From: Candidatus Latescibacterota bacterium
GTDB taxonomy: Bacteria; Latescibacterota; UBA2968
Length of the DNA: 64,000 nt
Direction: 5' to 3'
Assembly: GCA_965208125.1 (NCBI GenBank)
Contig: OZ242320.1
Span: 5,120,001 to 5,184,000 of the forward strand
In this document: piece by piece, positions 39,711 to 48,986 of the stretch
Numbering within the stretch: position 1 is the stretch's first letter
How the letters are laid out: each line of letters starts with the position of its first letter
The notes under the pieces: model-generated
Told to the model about the DNA's origin: nothing
Database searches by the model: none
What the model saw: the letters and a program-made list of their open reading frames with translations, nothing else
Made by a program: the position numbers and the translations under genes

Positions 39711-40480
39711 TGCGAATGGCTTTCTGGTTGCCTGTCGTGTCGCTGTGGCGGCGCGAGTTGGTGCGCTTTGCCCGAGATCGCAATCGACTATTCGGTGCAA
39801 TAGGCCAGCCTCTCGTGTTCTGGTTGCTATTGGGCGCTGGTTTTGAAAAGTCTTTCGCGCCCCATGGGATTTCCAGTGGATATCTGGAATATATTTATCC
39901 GGGAATATTGTTGCTGATTCTATTATTTACAGCGATCTTTTCGACCATTTCGGTAATTGAAGACCGGCGCGAAGGATTTATACAATCGGTGCTGGTCGCA
40001 CCTGTATCGCGGACCGGATTGGTGCTGGGAAAAGTTTTGGGCGGTGGAACCCTGGCATTTTTAGAAAGCCTGATATTTCTGACATTTCTGGTATTTCTGG
40101 ATATTCCCATCAGCATCGTATCTTTAGGCATGACCCTCGTTTTTTTAGCTGTGCTGGGCATTGCCCTCACAGCTTTGGGCTTTGCGATAGCCTGGCAGGC
40201 TTCATCCACTGCGGGATTTCACGCAGTAATGAATTTGCTTTTATTTCCGATGTGGGTACTATCCGGCGCGTTTTTTCCCGCAGAAGGCGCGTCGCGCTGG
40301 CTGGCATATCTGATGGCGATAAATCCATTAACTTATGGTATGGATGGTTTGCGCCAATCTCTTTATCTAACAACATCCGGTGCTAATACCCATTTGTGGT
40401 TTTGTGTTATAATAAGTGTGACATTTGCTACCCTGACCCTCAGCGCAGCCATATGGCAGGTATATCGAAAAGAGAAATAA
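39710..40480 (+). CDS. ABC-2 type permease
   Basis: EDRREGFIQSVLVAPVSR, LSGAFFP, INPLTY. Confidence 0.9.
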   Translation: MRMAFWLPVVSLWRRELVRFARDRNRLFGAIGQPLVFWLLLGAGFEKSFAPHGISSGYLEYIYPGILLLILLFTAIFSTISVIEDRREGFIQSVLVAPVSRTGLVLGKVLGGGTLAFLESLIFLTFLVFLDIPISIVSLGMTLVFLAVLGIALTALGFAIAWQASSTAGFHAVMNLLLFPMWVLSGAFFPAEGASRWLAYLMAINPLTYGMDGLRQSLYLTTSGANTHLWFCVIISVTFATLTLSAAIWQVYRKEK

Positions 40481-40579
40481 GTTACGGGCTGGGAGCCTTC
40501 ACAAATTTCTGGAACAGATACCCTATTTATTTGTTGGATATTGTATTGACAGAATGAATCCTCTGCGTATGGTCTTGTC

Positions 40580-41314
40580 ATGCAGAAACTAACGCATCTA
40601 TTATTTTTTACCTGTGTCTGTATGTCCTGCCTTGGTGGCTGTAGCTTGCTCGACCGTCAGCAAAGTCCCAAAATACTGGATTTGCGTACAGACCGGGGGC
40701 CTGATCCATCGGTAGGGCGCGGGCAGGAAGTACAAATTACCATCGTGACGGATGATCCGGACAATGATGAGTTGGATTTTCGCTGGATTGCGACCGGGGG
40801 CGAATTTACGGCCAGCCGTGCTGACACACTGATTGATCTGTTTCAAGATTCAGTGACAGTTGTATGGAGAGCACCTATCGAACCCGGCGTTTATGAGTTG
40901 TTTTTAGAATTGGGTGACGGCCAATCTGAGACACTGGTGACCTCAGGAGTGCGTATTGCCGTAACACAAGCCCCCCCTATTGCTATTGTCGGTCCAGACC
41001 GGGAATTGGATTTTCACGACGCGCTGCGCGTGGTCTTAGATGGCACTGGTAGTTCGGACCCAGACCAGGACGCGCTAATGTATTTTTGGAAGCAGATTGC
41101 TGGACCGCGCGTGGGATTGCAAAATAGCAGTGGGCCATCGCCTGAGTTTCCGGTGCCTGCACCAGCAGATTACATTTTTGAACTGCGCGTGGCGGACTTG
41201 GTACAAGGAGTGGGCGATACGAGCAATGTGGCAGTTACGCGGGTTCGCGTAACAGACCGCGGTGGGCGCGTGATCGAAACAGGCCTGGCCCGGTTATTGG
41301 ACCGAGGAAAATAA
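40580..41314 (+). CDS. Lipoprotein with tandem Ig-like/PKD-type domains
   Basis: Lipobox LGGC; DPDNDELDFRW and LDGTGSSDPDQDALMYFWKQIAGP. Confidence 0.7.
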   Translation: MQKLTHLLFFTCVCMSCLGGCSLLDRQQSPKILDLRTDRGPDPSVGRGQEVQITIVTDDPDNDELDFRWIATGGEFTASRADTLIDLFQDSVTVVWRAPIEPGVYELFLELGDGQSETLVTSGVRIAVTQAPPIAIVGPDRELDFHDALRVVLDGTGSSDPDQDALMYFWKQIAGPRVGLQNSSGPSPEFPVPAPADYIFELRVADLVQGVGDTSNVAVTRVRVTDRGGRVIETGLARLLDRGK

Positions 41315-41348
41315 AAGAAAACGCGAGCCTCTATCTACATTAAAGATT

Positions 41349-41377
41349 AAAGAGCAGGTAATAACCTGCTCTTTTTT
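41349..41377. terminator. Terminator between convergent lipoprotein and polB genes
   Basis: AAAGAGCAGGT / ACCTGCTCTTT stem with a T7 tail on the plus strand. Confidence 0.75.
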
Positions 41378-41380
41378 TGT

Positions 41381-43507
41381 TTAAAACAGACGGAGTTGAT
41401 CGCGTGCAACGGGTTGGATCAGGGGAAACAGGCGGCGAAATTCGCCATCGGGAAATAGAACGCGAAAACGCTCGGCCATATCGTGCAATCGGCGCAGCAA
41501 ATAGCCCCGATCTTCGTCGTGAGTAAAAAATTCTGTGCGGGAAAGGGAGCCATCCTGACACTGGTAAACCGCGATCCGCTCTCCAATGCGACAGCCTTTG
41601 GCAGCCGTGGCAAGCCGGCTCAGATTCGGGTTTGAAAAGGTTTTTTTCGTAATGCGCTCAAATCGACAAAAATCTTCAGGATCAATCTTGCCGTCTTGCA
41701 ACTTGCGTCCAAGGGACAGATATGCGCGAGAAACGGCTTCTGTATCGCCATTGACGAGCAAGGGTGCGATCTGTGCAATAAATTGGCGAAAAATGCGTTC
41801 ATCGCGTCGGCTTCGCAGGCTGCTGCCCACAAGCGATACACCGCCGTTGTAATCGACGAGAATATAATTTTTTGCCTTGAGGCTGACCATCCCTTTAAAG
41901 CGACCGTCGTGCGAAAGATGAATGCCGCGGGGCAAAGTAGTCGAAATTTCTTCAATGAGTTGTTTTTCATCGGCCTCTGTTTTGACATGCGGTGGCACTA
42001 CAAAATAAGCCCCATCGGTATCTACTTCTATAATTTCCCCACCGGCATCGCGCAACTCAGCCACGAGTTGGCGGGCGATTTGCTGCCCGATTACAGTAAT
42101 TTTTTCCGCGGCGTGGTAGTCATTAAAACACGCGCGTCCGTATCCCAGATAGCCGTAAAAAGAATTGATGAGAATTTTGTAGCTGCCCTGCAACCCATTC
42201 CAGTATGCGCGATCGGTTTCGTCACGCGCGCTTTGAAAATTGGTCTTGGCCCCAAGGCGTCGTTGCGTGAGATGTTCGAGCATGGGCAAAAAAGCATTTT
42301 CAGTATCGGTCGCTGGCCGGATCTGTTGGGTTAACATAATCGATGGATAAAGACTTTCGACATCGGCTTTGACCACGCGCTTAAAAATGCCCGAAGCCAC
42401 GAGTCGCGTATAGCCCCCGCTAAATCCCTTCGATGGACGCGGTTTGGGAATGGCGAGATTGCGCCGCAGATAAAGCCCAACCATCAGGGCATTAATTTTT
42501 TCTCCCGGACCGCTGAGTGCAGCGTCTTGAAAGCCATAAGGCAAAATCTGTGTCTGATAAAATTCGGTGGGAACAACCACCTCGCTGAGTGCTTTGACAT
42601 CGCGCACATCGTCGAGTGCGTAGTTGATGAGACGTTGCGGATTGGTGCGCCATGTGCGGGCAATATCTTCCCCATCCACAAACGTGCGCCCCGCCCGTTC
42701 GAGGCCGAGTGCGTGGATGACTTGCTTGAGGCCATAGCGCTCCAGCTTGCCCCCGGTATCGTAACGCTGCACTTGCTGTAGAGTATCGACAATGTGTCGC
42801 CCGTGGACATAAGCCGGGCGAAAACCCGGGATTTGTGCCCCAACTTTAAAGACGCGCTGCCCATGCCCCGCGCGCAATGCCGACCCATCGCGCCCCCACT
42901 TTAGGGCAATACCATAGTGCTGGGCGCGCGCGACGAGATAGGGCAAGTCAAACTCAAAAATATTGTGGCCTTCAATCGTATCGGGATTGCGCGCTTCAAT
43001 CACTTTATTGAGGTTGCGAAGCAGATCTGCCTCGTTCATATCCGTAGCACTCAGCACGGTTTCAAAGCCCTGAGAATCGGAAATTGAGATGAGAATGATT
43101 TGTGCATCGGATGCCGAGGGATCGAGCGTGAGAGTCTCGATATCGAGTTGCAAGCGGTGGAGGTCGCCGTAGCGCATGCCGCGAAATAGAGTTTGTCCCG
43201 AAAGCGTCAGATGCTGCCGCACGGGATTGTTAAAATTAAAATGCGGTATTCTATCCTGAGCGAGGCGATCTCGTGCTGCGAGAAAATGGGACCAATTGTG
43301 AAAGTGTACCCGCGCGCGAAATTCGCCTCCTCCTTTGAGGCGCACGCAACCCGAAACCCCGACAAAACCAGACCGAGCGGACTCTTCGGGGGTCTCAACG
43401 AGCAACCACGGGGAAAAGAATTGCAGGTGGCAATTATCGCGCGTGTAAAGCGCCATCTGATTCCCGCCGACCAGTTCGGCAGCGAGAACACCGGGGAGAT
43501 AAGCCAT
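41381..43507 (-). CDS. polB: Family B DNA polymerase with 3'-5' exonuclease domain
   Basis: ExoI LDIET, ExoII GHNIFEFDLPYL, ExoIII YALDD; motif A DVESLYPSIM, motif B KILINSFYGYLG, motif C EVDTDG; ATG 43507 after GGAGG. Confidence 0.92.
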   Translation of the reverse strand: MAYLPGVLAAELVGGNQMALYTRDNCHLQFFSPWLLVETPEESARSGFVGVSGCVRLKGGGEFRARVHFHNWSHFLAARDRLAQDRIPHFNFNNPVRQHLTLSGQTLFRGMRYGDLHRLQLDIETLTLDPSASDAQIILISISDSQGFETVLSATDMNEADLLRNLNKVIEARNPDTIEGHNIFEFDLPYLVARAQHYGIALKWGRDGSALRAGHGQRVFKVGAQIPGFRPAYVHGRHIVDTLQQVQRYDTGGKLERYGLKQVIHALGLERAGRTFVDGEDIARTWRTNPQRLINYALDDVRDVKALSEVVVPTEFYQTQILPYGFQDAALSGPGEKINALMVGLYLRRNLAIPKPRPSKGFSGGYTRLVASGIFKRVVKADVESLYPSIMLTQQIRPATDTENAFLPMLEHLTQRRLGAKTNFQSARDETDRAYWNGLQGSYKILINSFYGYLGYGRACFNDYHAAEKITVIGQQIARQLVAELRDAGGEIIEVDTDGAYFVVPPHVKTEADEKQLIEEISTTLPRGIHLSHDGRFKGMVSLKAKNYILVDYNGGVSLVGSSLRSRRDERIFRQFIAQIAPLLVNGDTEAVSRAYLSLGRKLQDGKIDPEDFCRFERITKKTFSNPNLSRLATAAKGCRIGERIAVYQCQDGSLSRTEFFTHDEDRGYLLRRLHDMAERFRVLFPDGEFRRLFPLIQPVARDQLRLF

Positions 43508-43555
43508 TGTGTTGCCTCCAATTTGTTGCGGGAGAAGGGGAAAGCAACCTGCTAA

Positions 43556-43584
43556 AATATAGCCAATTTTTACCAGGCTTGCAA
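43556..43584 (-). promoter_or_regulatory. Putative polB promoter
   Basis: Minus strand TTGCAA-17 bp-TATATT. Confidence 0.55.
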
Positions 43585-43617
43585 TCTGGAGCACTTTCTG
43601 TGCATTTGAAAAATTAC

Positions 43618-43700
43618 TGCTAATTATTTCGCATTTTAGGCTTGACAATGAATTTTTAATCGGCTATTTTTTTGAAAATTGATATGCTAATTATTTCGCA
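43618..43700 (+). promoter_or_regulatory. blaI-M56 promoter flanked by two identical 16-bp pseudo-palindromic operators
   Basis: TGCTAATTATTTCGCA at 43618-43633 and 43685-43700; TTGACA(43642)-17 bp-TATTTT(43665) lies between them. Confidence 0.75.
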
Positions 43701-43722
43701 GAACCTGTAAAAGGAGCTAAAA

Positions 43723-44106
43723 ATGGCAAGACCGCGACAAGAGGGATTAACTGACCGTGAGATGGAACTCATACAGGTACTCTGGCAACAGAAAGAAGCA
43801 ACCGTCGAGATGATCCAGGCAAAATTACCTGACCGATTAGAAGGATCGACCATTCGCACACTCCTGCAAATCATGGAAGACAAAGGCTATGTGGCGCACG
43901 AAAAGCAAGGCCGCGCCAATGTGTACCGCCCCGTTATCGAACAGCAACGCGTTCAATCATCGGCAATGAAACACATCATTCAAAAACTATTTGGCGGTTC
44001 AACCGAACTATTGCTGGCGCGACTCGTTGAAGACGAAGAGATAGATCTGGACGACGTAGCGCGATTGCGTGAAAAACTCAAGCAGCGCAAAGGAGGCACA
44101 TCATGA
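43723..44106 (+). CDS. BlaI/MecI/CopY family repressor
   Basis: LTDREMELIQVLW, STIRTLL...KGYV, YRP, LFGGS. Confidence 0.92.
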   Translation: MARPRQEGLTDREMELIQVLWQQKEATVEMIQAKLPDRLEGSTIRTLLQIMEDKGYVAHEKQGRANVYRPVIEQQRVQSSAMKHIIQKLFGGSTELLLARLVEDEEIDLDDVARLREKLKQRKGGTS

Positions 44107-47100
44107 TCGACACATCTATGCTGGATCCCATTGCCATATTTCTCCTCGATGCGACTATCAAGACCTCTCTCTTTATGGGGATCGTGCTATTTGCTGTGTG
44201 GATCCTGGGCACACGACAGGCAGCCAAACGCAGCTTGCTTTTGAACTGGTGTCTTATCGGCGTGCTGATCATTCCCATTGCGTCTTTGTGCCTGCCTTCA
44301 CTGCGTTTACAATTTGATTCACTATTGCCCTCTACAGAACCAACTCTTCCATCCGTTCAACCTGTTGTCGCACCCGATACACCTCTGGTGAAATCCACAC
44401 CTGCATTGACGCAACAAAGGATGTCTGATAAGGCGTTGCCAGAAAACTCAGACCTATCTCAAGACTTCGTATCCCCCTCCCCCGCACAGATTGTTTTTGG
44501 CAAAAATGCTAAGACAGAATCGGTCAATTGGGCAGCCTACATACTGAATAAAATCACTTCAGTATATGCTTTGCATGCTGTAATGGCGGTCTATACTATT
44601 GGTGTATTAATTTTACTGATTCGTATAATCTATTCTCTAATAACGGTTTGCACGTTTCGCCGATCTCTATTGTCCTGTGAAGACGAACAGCTTCAAAATG
44701 ATTTACAGATCTTAAAGAATCAATTGGGTATTCGGCGATCTGTTGCACTCGCCGTCAGTGACCAAATCGGCAGTCCAACTCAGGTCGGACTCTTGAAGCC
44801 TGTAATCGTATTGCCCACGCCTATGATCAAATCGCACGAACAATTGGAATCGATTTTGATTCACGAACTCATTCACGTCAAGCGATGGGATTGCCTATAT
44901 CGTCTGCTGGCAATGATCGGTATGGCGTTTTACTGGTTCAATCCCCTATTCCACCGCGTCAAATATCTGCTTTTTGAAGTTCAAGAACAAGCCTGCGATG
45001 ATTGGACTGTAACTACGACCGGCAATTCTGAAAGCTATGCAGACACGCTTCTCAATGTGGCGATCCAACTACAACCACGTCCTACGATGGCTCTGGGCAT
45101 GGACATGGCGCGAACAACTCAGGTCATGGAGCGTGTCAATCGCATTATCACCCTGGGCGGCCATGTGATCCCGCGCGTTGGTCGCGTATCGGCACTGGTG
45201 ATGGCAGTGGCACTTATCGGCGGAGCGACAACTATTGGCAGCCTGACCACTTCAAAAGGCGATCACAATGATCCAAAGGTTGTATTTGAAGGTGGTGTTG
45301 CCGTAACCGATACCAGTGACGTATCACAGCGAGAACTTCCGATGAAAATGCGCGATGGTCGCCTGTGGTGGCGCGGCGAAAAGGGCCTCTATTTGCAAGA
45401 TGGAGATGCGTGGCAAAAGTTCACATTGCCGGAAGGGGGTTCATTCGACCAGATACATGCCTTTATGCAAGCGCGCAATGGCTCAATTTGGTTTGCCGGT
45501 ATAAATAAAAATGGGCCAATTGTCGTGAGCTTTAGCGGAAAGACATGGCAGATATGGGATTCAAAAACAACGGGCCTGGGAAAAATTACCGCTGGATATG
45601 ACTTTGCCGAAGATGAGGCTGGCGGTATCTGGATTTCCCACCACGGTATGGGAAATATCAGAGCATACGGAGGCTCCGATCGCTTCAAGGGTGGAAACGG
45701 TGTCTTGCATTTTGATGGCAAAGTATGGCGCAACTATACCGTGAAAGATGGATTGATTCACAATCGGGTTTACAATGTGGAAGCCGACCCCAAAGGCGGC
45801 GTGTGGATCGCAACCCTTCGCGGATTGAGCCACTATAAAGATGGAAAATGGACCTCTCATATTGTCGATAGCGTACCCATAGAGGGCGTGCGTAATGGCA
45901 ATAGATACGATGGCCACAAGATATATAAGCTATTCTATGATCGGGAAGGTACGCTTTGGGCCGTGCATGGATCGATTATTGGGCGCACCGTAATGCGGCG
46001 CAGAGGAGGAATTTCCAGCTTTGACGGCACAGCTTGGACACACTACGATGCACATGTTGGATTGCCTATAAATGCGTCTCGAAATATCTGGCAAACAGAA
46101 AATGGCGATCTATGGTTTGGTACGCATCAAGGTGATCAAACAGTGGTAGAAGCCAGAGGCTTGATGCGGTATAAAGATGGGATGTGGTTGCGATTGACGC
46201 GCAAGCACGGTATTCCCGGCGATTTTGTATGGGGTTTGGTAGAAAAAGGCGATGGATCTTTTTATCTCGGTGTTTCTGGTATTATATCTTATAAGCCACC
46301 TATCGATCACCTATCAACAATATCTGGTAAAGTGATCGATCAGCGCGATGGCCACCCTGTAGCAAATATGGGAATATGGGTTGAATACGACGATGGCGAG
46401 GTGCATGCCGGAACCCTGACAGATACAAATGGCCATTATCGCGTCGAAGTCACTCCTGGCGTATATCGCGTGCGGATCGCATCTAAGAATGCGGCTGAAC
46501 CCGTAACTGTTGAGGCAAAACCCGAGAGTAAAATTGAAGACATCGATCTGCTCTTGCTCAACTCGCGACGCATATCTGGCCTCGTACTCGACAAATTCGA
46601 TAATCCGATTGCCAATGCTGTTGTGGTGATTTCGGATGATTCTTTAGAAGACCGACGATTGTCCCCTCAGGTCGTGACTACAGATGCCGACGGGAAATTT
46701 GAAGGCTGGCAGATCTCGGGTCCGAAGGCTACTTTTGAAGCAGCAGCAAAAGGATACACACAAATCGCTCGAGAAGTTGAAAATGCTATTGAAGAGCAAG
46801 TAGTGATTAGTCTTAAAAAAGGAACGACGTTTCGCGGTCGCGTTGTGGATGAATTGGGCAAACCCATTGCCTGGGCGCGTATTGGTCCTGGACCTCCGCC
46901 GGATCCTGAAAAGAAAGTATATACATTGCCCGCATTACCCTTCCAGCGTAATACTTACACCCATGCATCGGGTCTGTTCACTCTAAATGACGTAGCGGGT
47001 GGTCACATCTGGTTGAATCATCCCGAGACCGGAATAGTGAATCAAAAAGTTATGCCTGCCGATGATGTGATAGATATCCGCGTAGAGCGTTTGCGTTTGT

Positions 47101-48113
47101 ACTCTGTTTCAGGTGTGATATCGCTAACTGGTGTGCCCGTAGAAAGGCTAAGGGTCAGAACCATTGCCCTTAACGGAGCAGAATCCAGACCTCAAGTAGG
47201 CCGCCCGGACGCTAATGGTGCATATCGCCAGGAGGGTCTGGAGCCAGGAAAATATCATATTTCCGTAACCGCACCCGCAAAAGAGGAAAGGGATGGACGC
47301 ACAATCGCAATACATCGCAGTGTTCAATCTCAGGTGCTGGTAATCAAAGATCGCGATGTAACATTGAACTTTGAGCCTCTGGGCGATGCGCGAGTTACCG
47401 GTTTTGCAACTTATAAAGGACAACCTGTTTCAGGGGTTTATGTAAGCAGCCGTGTTTTAGCCGATGATCCCATGAAATCTGTCCCAGCAAGCAGCACTCA
47501 AACAGATAAAGGTGGGCTGTTTGAATTGCGCGATCTGCCTTATGCACAGATTGAAATTCGTTTTTTTAGTAGTCCCAGTTCAAGAAAGCGCTGGAGCAAA
47601 GTCGATACGATTGATCTGACGGAAAAAAAAGAATTGAGTTATATAGCGGAATTGGATATGGAAGAGCGCAAGATGTTGAGCTTGGGAGATATAGCTCCTA
47701 CATTTGAGGCTAAGCGACTGGATGGATCAACATTCCGACTATCAGATTATCGCGGCAAAAAAGCCGTGTTGATCGATTTTTGGGCAACGTGGTGTGGTCC
47801 TTGCATCGATGAAATTCCGACAATAAAAAGAATCGCCGAAACGTATCGCGATCAGGGCCTGGAAGTCGTGGGCGTGAGTCTGGATCGAGATGAGAAGGCA
47901 CTGCGAGATTTTGTGGAAAAAGAAAAGCTGATCTATGTGCAGGTATTTGACAAAAAAAAGACGCAGGCAATTGCAAAATCCTACGGTGTATGGGGCATTC
48001 CGTCGGTATTTCTGATAAATAAAAATGGCGTCATCAATGCATTGAAGCTACGCGGAGATCGCACCGAAGCAGCAGTAAAGGCGCTATTAGCCGCCGGTAC
48101 GACAGACGGCTAA
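44103..48113 (+). CDS. BlaR1-type M56 peptidase fused to beta-propeller, carboxypeptidase-regulatory-like repeats and TlpA-like thioredoxin
   Basis: ILIHELIHVKRWD, YWFNPL, EQACDD; propeller repeats (DGLIHNRV, GGVWIATLRGL); G-x-V-x-D/TD..G beta-sandwich repeats; DFWATWCGPC; 4-nt ATGA overlap with blaI. Confidence 0.88.
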   Translation: MIDTSMLDPIAIFLLDATIKTSLFMGIVLFAVWILGTRQAAKRSLLLNWCLIGVLIIPIASLCLPSLRLQFDSLLPSTEPTLPSVQPVVAPDTPLVKSTPALTQQRMSDKALPENSDLSQDFVSPSPAQIVFGKNAKTESVNWAAYILNKITSVYALHAVMAVYTIGVLILLIRIIYSLITVCTFRRSLLSCEDEQLQNDLQILKNQLGIRRSVALAVSDQIGSPTQVGLLKPVIVLPTPMIKSHEQLESILIHELIHVKRWDCLYRLLAMIGMAFYWFNPLFHRVKYLLFEVQEQACDDWTVTTTGNSESYADTLLNVAIQLQPRPTMALGMDMARTTQVMERVNRIITLGGHVIPRVGRVSALVMAVALIGGATTIGSLTTSKGDHNDPKVVFEGGVAVTDTSDVSQRELPMKMRDGRLWWRGEKGLYLQDGDAWQKFTLPEGGSFDQIHAFMQARNGSIWFAGINKNGPIVVSFSGKTWQIWDSKTTGLGKITAGYDFAEDEAGGIWISHHGMGNIRAYGGSDRFKGGNGVLHFDGKVWRNYTVKDGLIHNRVYNVEADPKGGVWIATLRGLSHYKDGKWTSHIVDSVPIEGVRNGNRYDGHKIYKLFYDREGTLWAVHGSIIGRTVMRRRGGISSFDGTAWTHYDAHVGLPINASRNIWQTENGDLWFGTHQGDQTVVEARGLMRYKDGMWLRLTRKHGIPGDFVWGLVEKGDGSFYLGVSGIISYKPPIDHLSTISGKVIDQRDGHPVANMGIWVEYDDGEVHAGTLTDTNGHYRVEVTPGVYRVRIASKNAAEPVTVEAKPESKIEDIDLLLLNSRRISGLVLDKFDNPIANAVVVISDDSLEDRRLSPQVVTTDADGKFEGWQISGPKATFEAAAKGYTQIAREVENAIEEQVVISLKKGTTFRGRVVDELGKPIAWARIGPGPPPDPEKKVYTLPALPFQRNTYTHASGLFTLNDVAGGHIWLNHPETGIVNQKVMPADDVIDIRVERLRLYSVSGVISLTGVPVERLRVRTIALNGAESRPQVGRPDANGAYRQEGLEPGKYHISVTAPAKEERDGRTIAIHRSVQSQVLVIKDRDVTLNFEPLGDARVTGFATYKGQPVSGVYVSSRVLADDPMKSVPASSTQTDKGGLFELRDLPYAQIEIRFFSSPSSRKRWSKVDTIDLTEKKELSYIAELDMEERKMLSLGDIAPTFEAKRLDGSTFRLSDYRGKKAVLIDFWATWCGPCIDEIPTIKRIAETYRDQGLEVVGVSLDRDEKALRDFVEKEKLIYVQVFDKKKTQAIAKSYGVWGIPSVFLINKNGVINALKLRGDRTEAAVKALLAAGTTDG

Positions 48114-48135
48114 AATACGTGATAGACTTTTGCAC

Positions 48136-48176
48136 AAAAAAACGGGCAATTCTACATTAGGATTGCCTGTTTTTTA
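48136..48176 (+). terminator. Intrinsic terminator after the M56 gene
   Basis: AAAAAAACGGGCAAT / ATTGCCTGTTTTTT. Confidence 0.7.
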
Positions 48177-48218
48177 TTTTCCATATTTTCGGTCTTCTGT
48201 TCATCTTGTGCAATTCGC

Positions 48219-48314
48219 TTGTCAGAACGTGCATCTTTCTCCATAATCGGATTGAGAAAAATTCTTGCGAGGTGAATATCTATGTTACATCCAAATCCTT
48301 CTCATCCTATCTGA
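48219..48314 (+). promoter_or_regulatory. Orphan sigma70 promoter with RBS and 10-codon ORF pointing antisense into vapC
   Basis: TTGTCA(48219)-17 bp-CATAAT(48242); GAGGTG at 48269; ATG 48282 MLHPNPSHPI stop 48314. Confidence 0.5.
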
Positions 48315-48698
48315 TCAATATCTTGCTCTGAAAAATTCTAAACTTTGAATCTGTCGAAAATGCTTTTCATTTTTGCTAACAAGCGTCAGATCATGCTCAA
48401 TGGCGGTAGCAGCGATTAGAGCATCCATAATCGTCAACCCCTGCGACAAAGTATAGTCTATTAAGAGATTGTATCCCCTGATACCAGTGCTTCTATGTAG
48501 CTCTCTGATTGTGTAATGAGCAATAAAGTCTTCAATCGCAAGTTGATCTCGTTTATCTCTTGCTCCAACGATAAGTTCTGTCGCAGAAATTCGACTGATA
48601 GAAATTGTCCCTGTGAGACCAGCGAGAAAATTAACGGCATTGGTGCTCCCTTTGGAAACATCAATCAAGACATCGGTATCAATCAAAAATTCACTCAT
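48315..48698 (-). CDS. vapC: VapC-type PIN domain toxin
   Basis: LIDTDVLID, ISATELIVG, MDALIAATA, LVSKNEKHF. Confidence 0.92.
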   Translation of the reverse strand: MSEFLIDTDVLIDVSKGSTNAVNFLAGLTGTISISRISATELIVGARDKRDQLAIEDFIAHYTIRELHRSTGIRGYNLLIDYTLSQGLTIMDALIAATAIEHDLTLVSKNEKHFRQIQSLEFFRARY

Positions 48699-48919
48699 TT
48701 CTCATACCTGTGCTGATCGCGAAGGTTACGAACATAAGAGATACCATCAGAAATGTCTTCTCGATCTTTCCAGAGACCAAAAAATGAAAATGACTTCATC
48801 GCTTCCACTTTGTCCGCTTCTTGAATATGGACCTCTCCTGTGACTCCTTCATCAATTTCTCTCAGTGTTTCAAGCGGTATGAAGACACCGTTTTCATATT
48901 TTACAGGAATTGATCGCAT
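48695..48919 (-). CDS. Putative antitoxin, DUF104/AF2212-like
   Basis: MRSIPVKYENGVFIPLE, FGLWKDREDI; overlaps vapC by 4 nt; ATG after AGGAG. Confidence 0.75.
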   Translation of the reverse strand: MRSIPVKYENGVFIPLETLREIDEGVTGEVHIQEADKVEAMKSFSFFGLWKDREDISDGISYVRNLRDQHRYEK

Positions 48920-48986
48920 AATAAACGCTCCTCTTATTTTAATTGAAAACACCCCCCCATCACTATCCAATTCGCCGCTACCCTTA

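Noticed and set aside
43508-43648. N-terminal extension of PolB in the ORF track
   Set aside because: It spans the promoter and operator; a GGAGG RBS supports ATG 43507.
41381-48113. Prophage, casposon or pipolin built around polB
   Set aside because: No integrase, Cas1, capsid genes, terminal repeats or att sites are visible, and there is no intein in polB.
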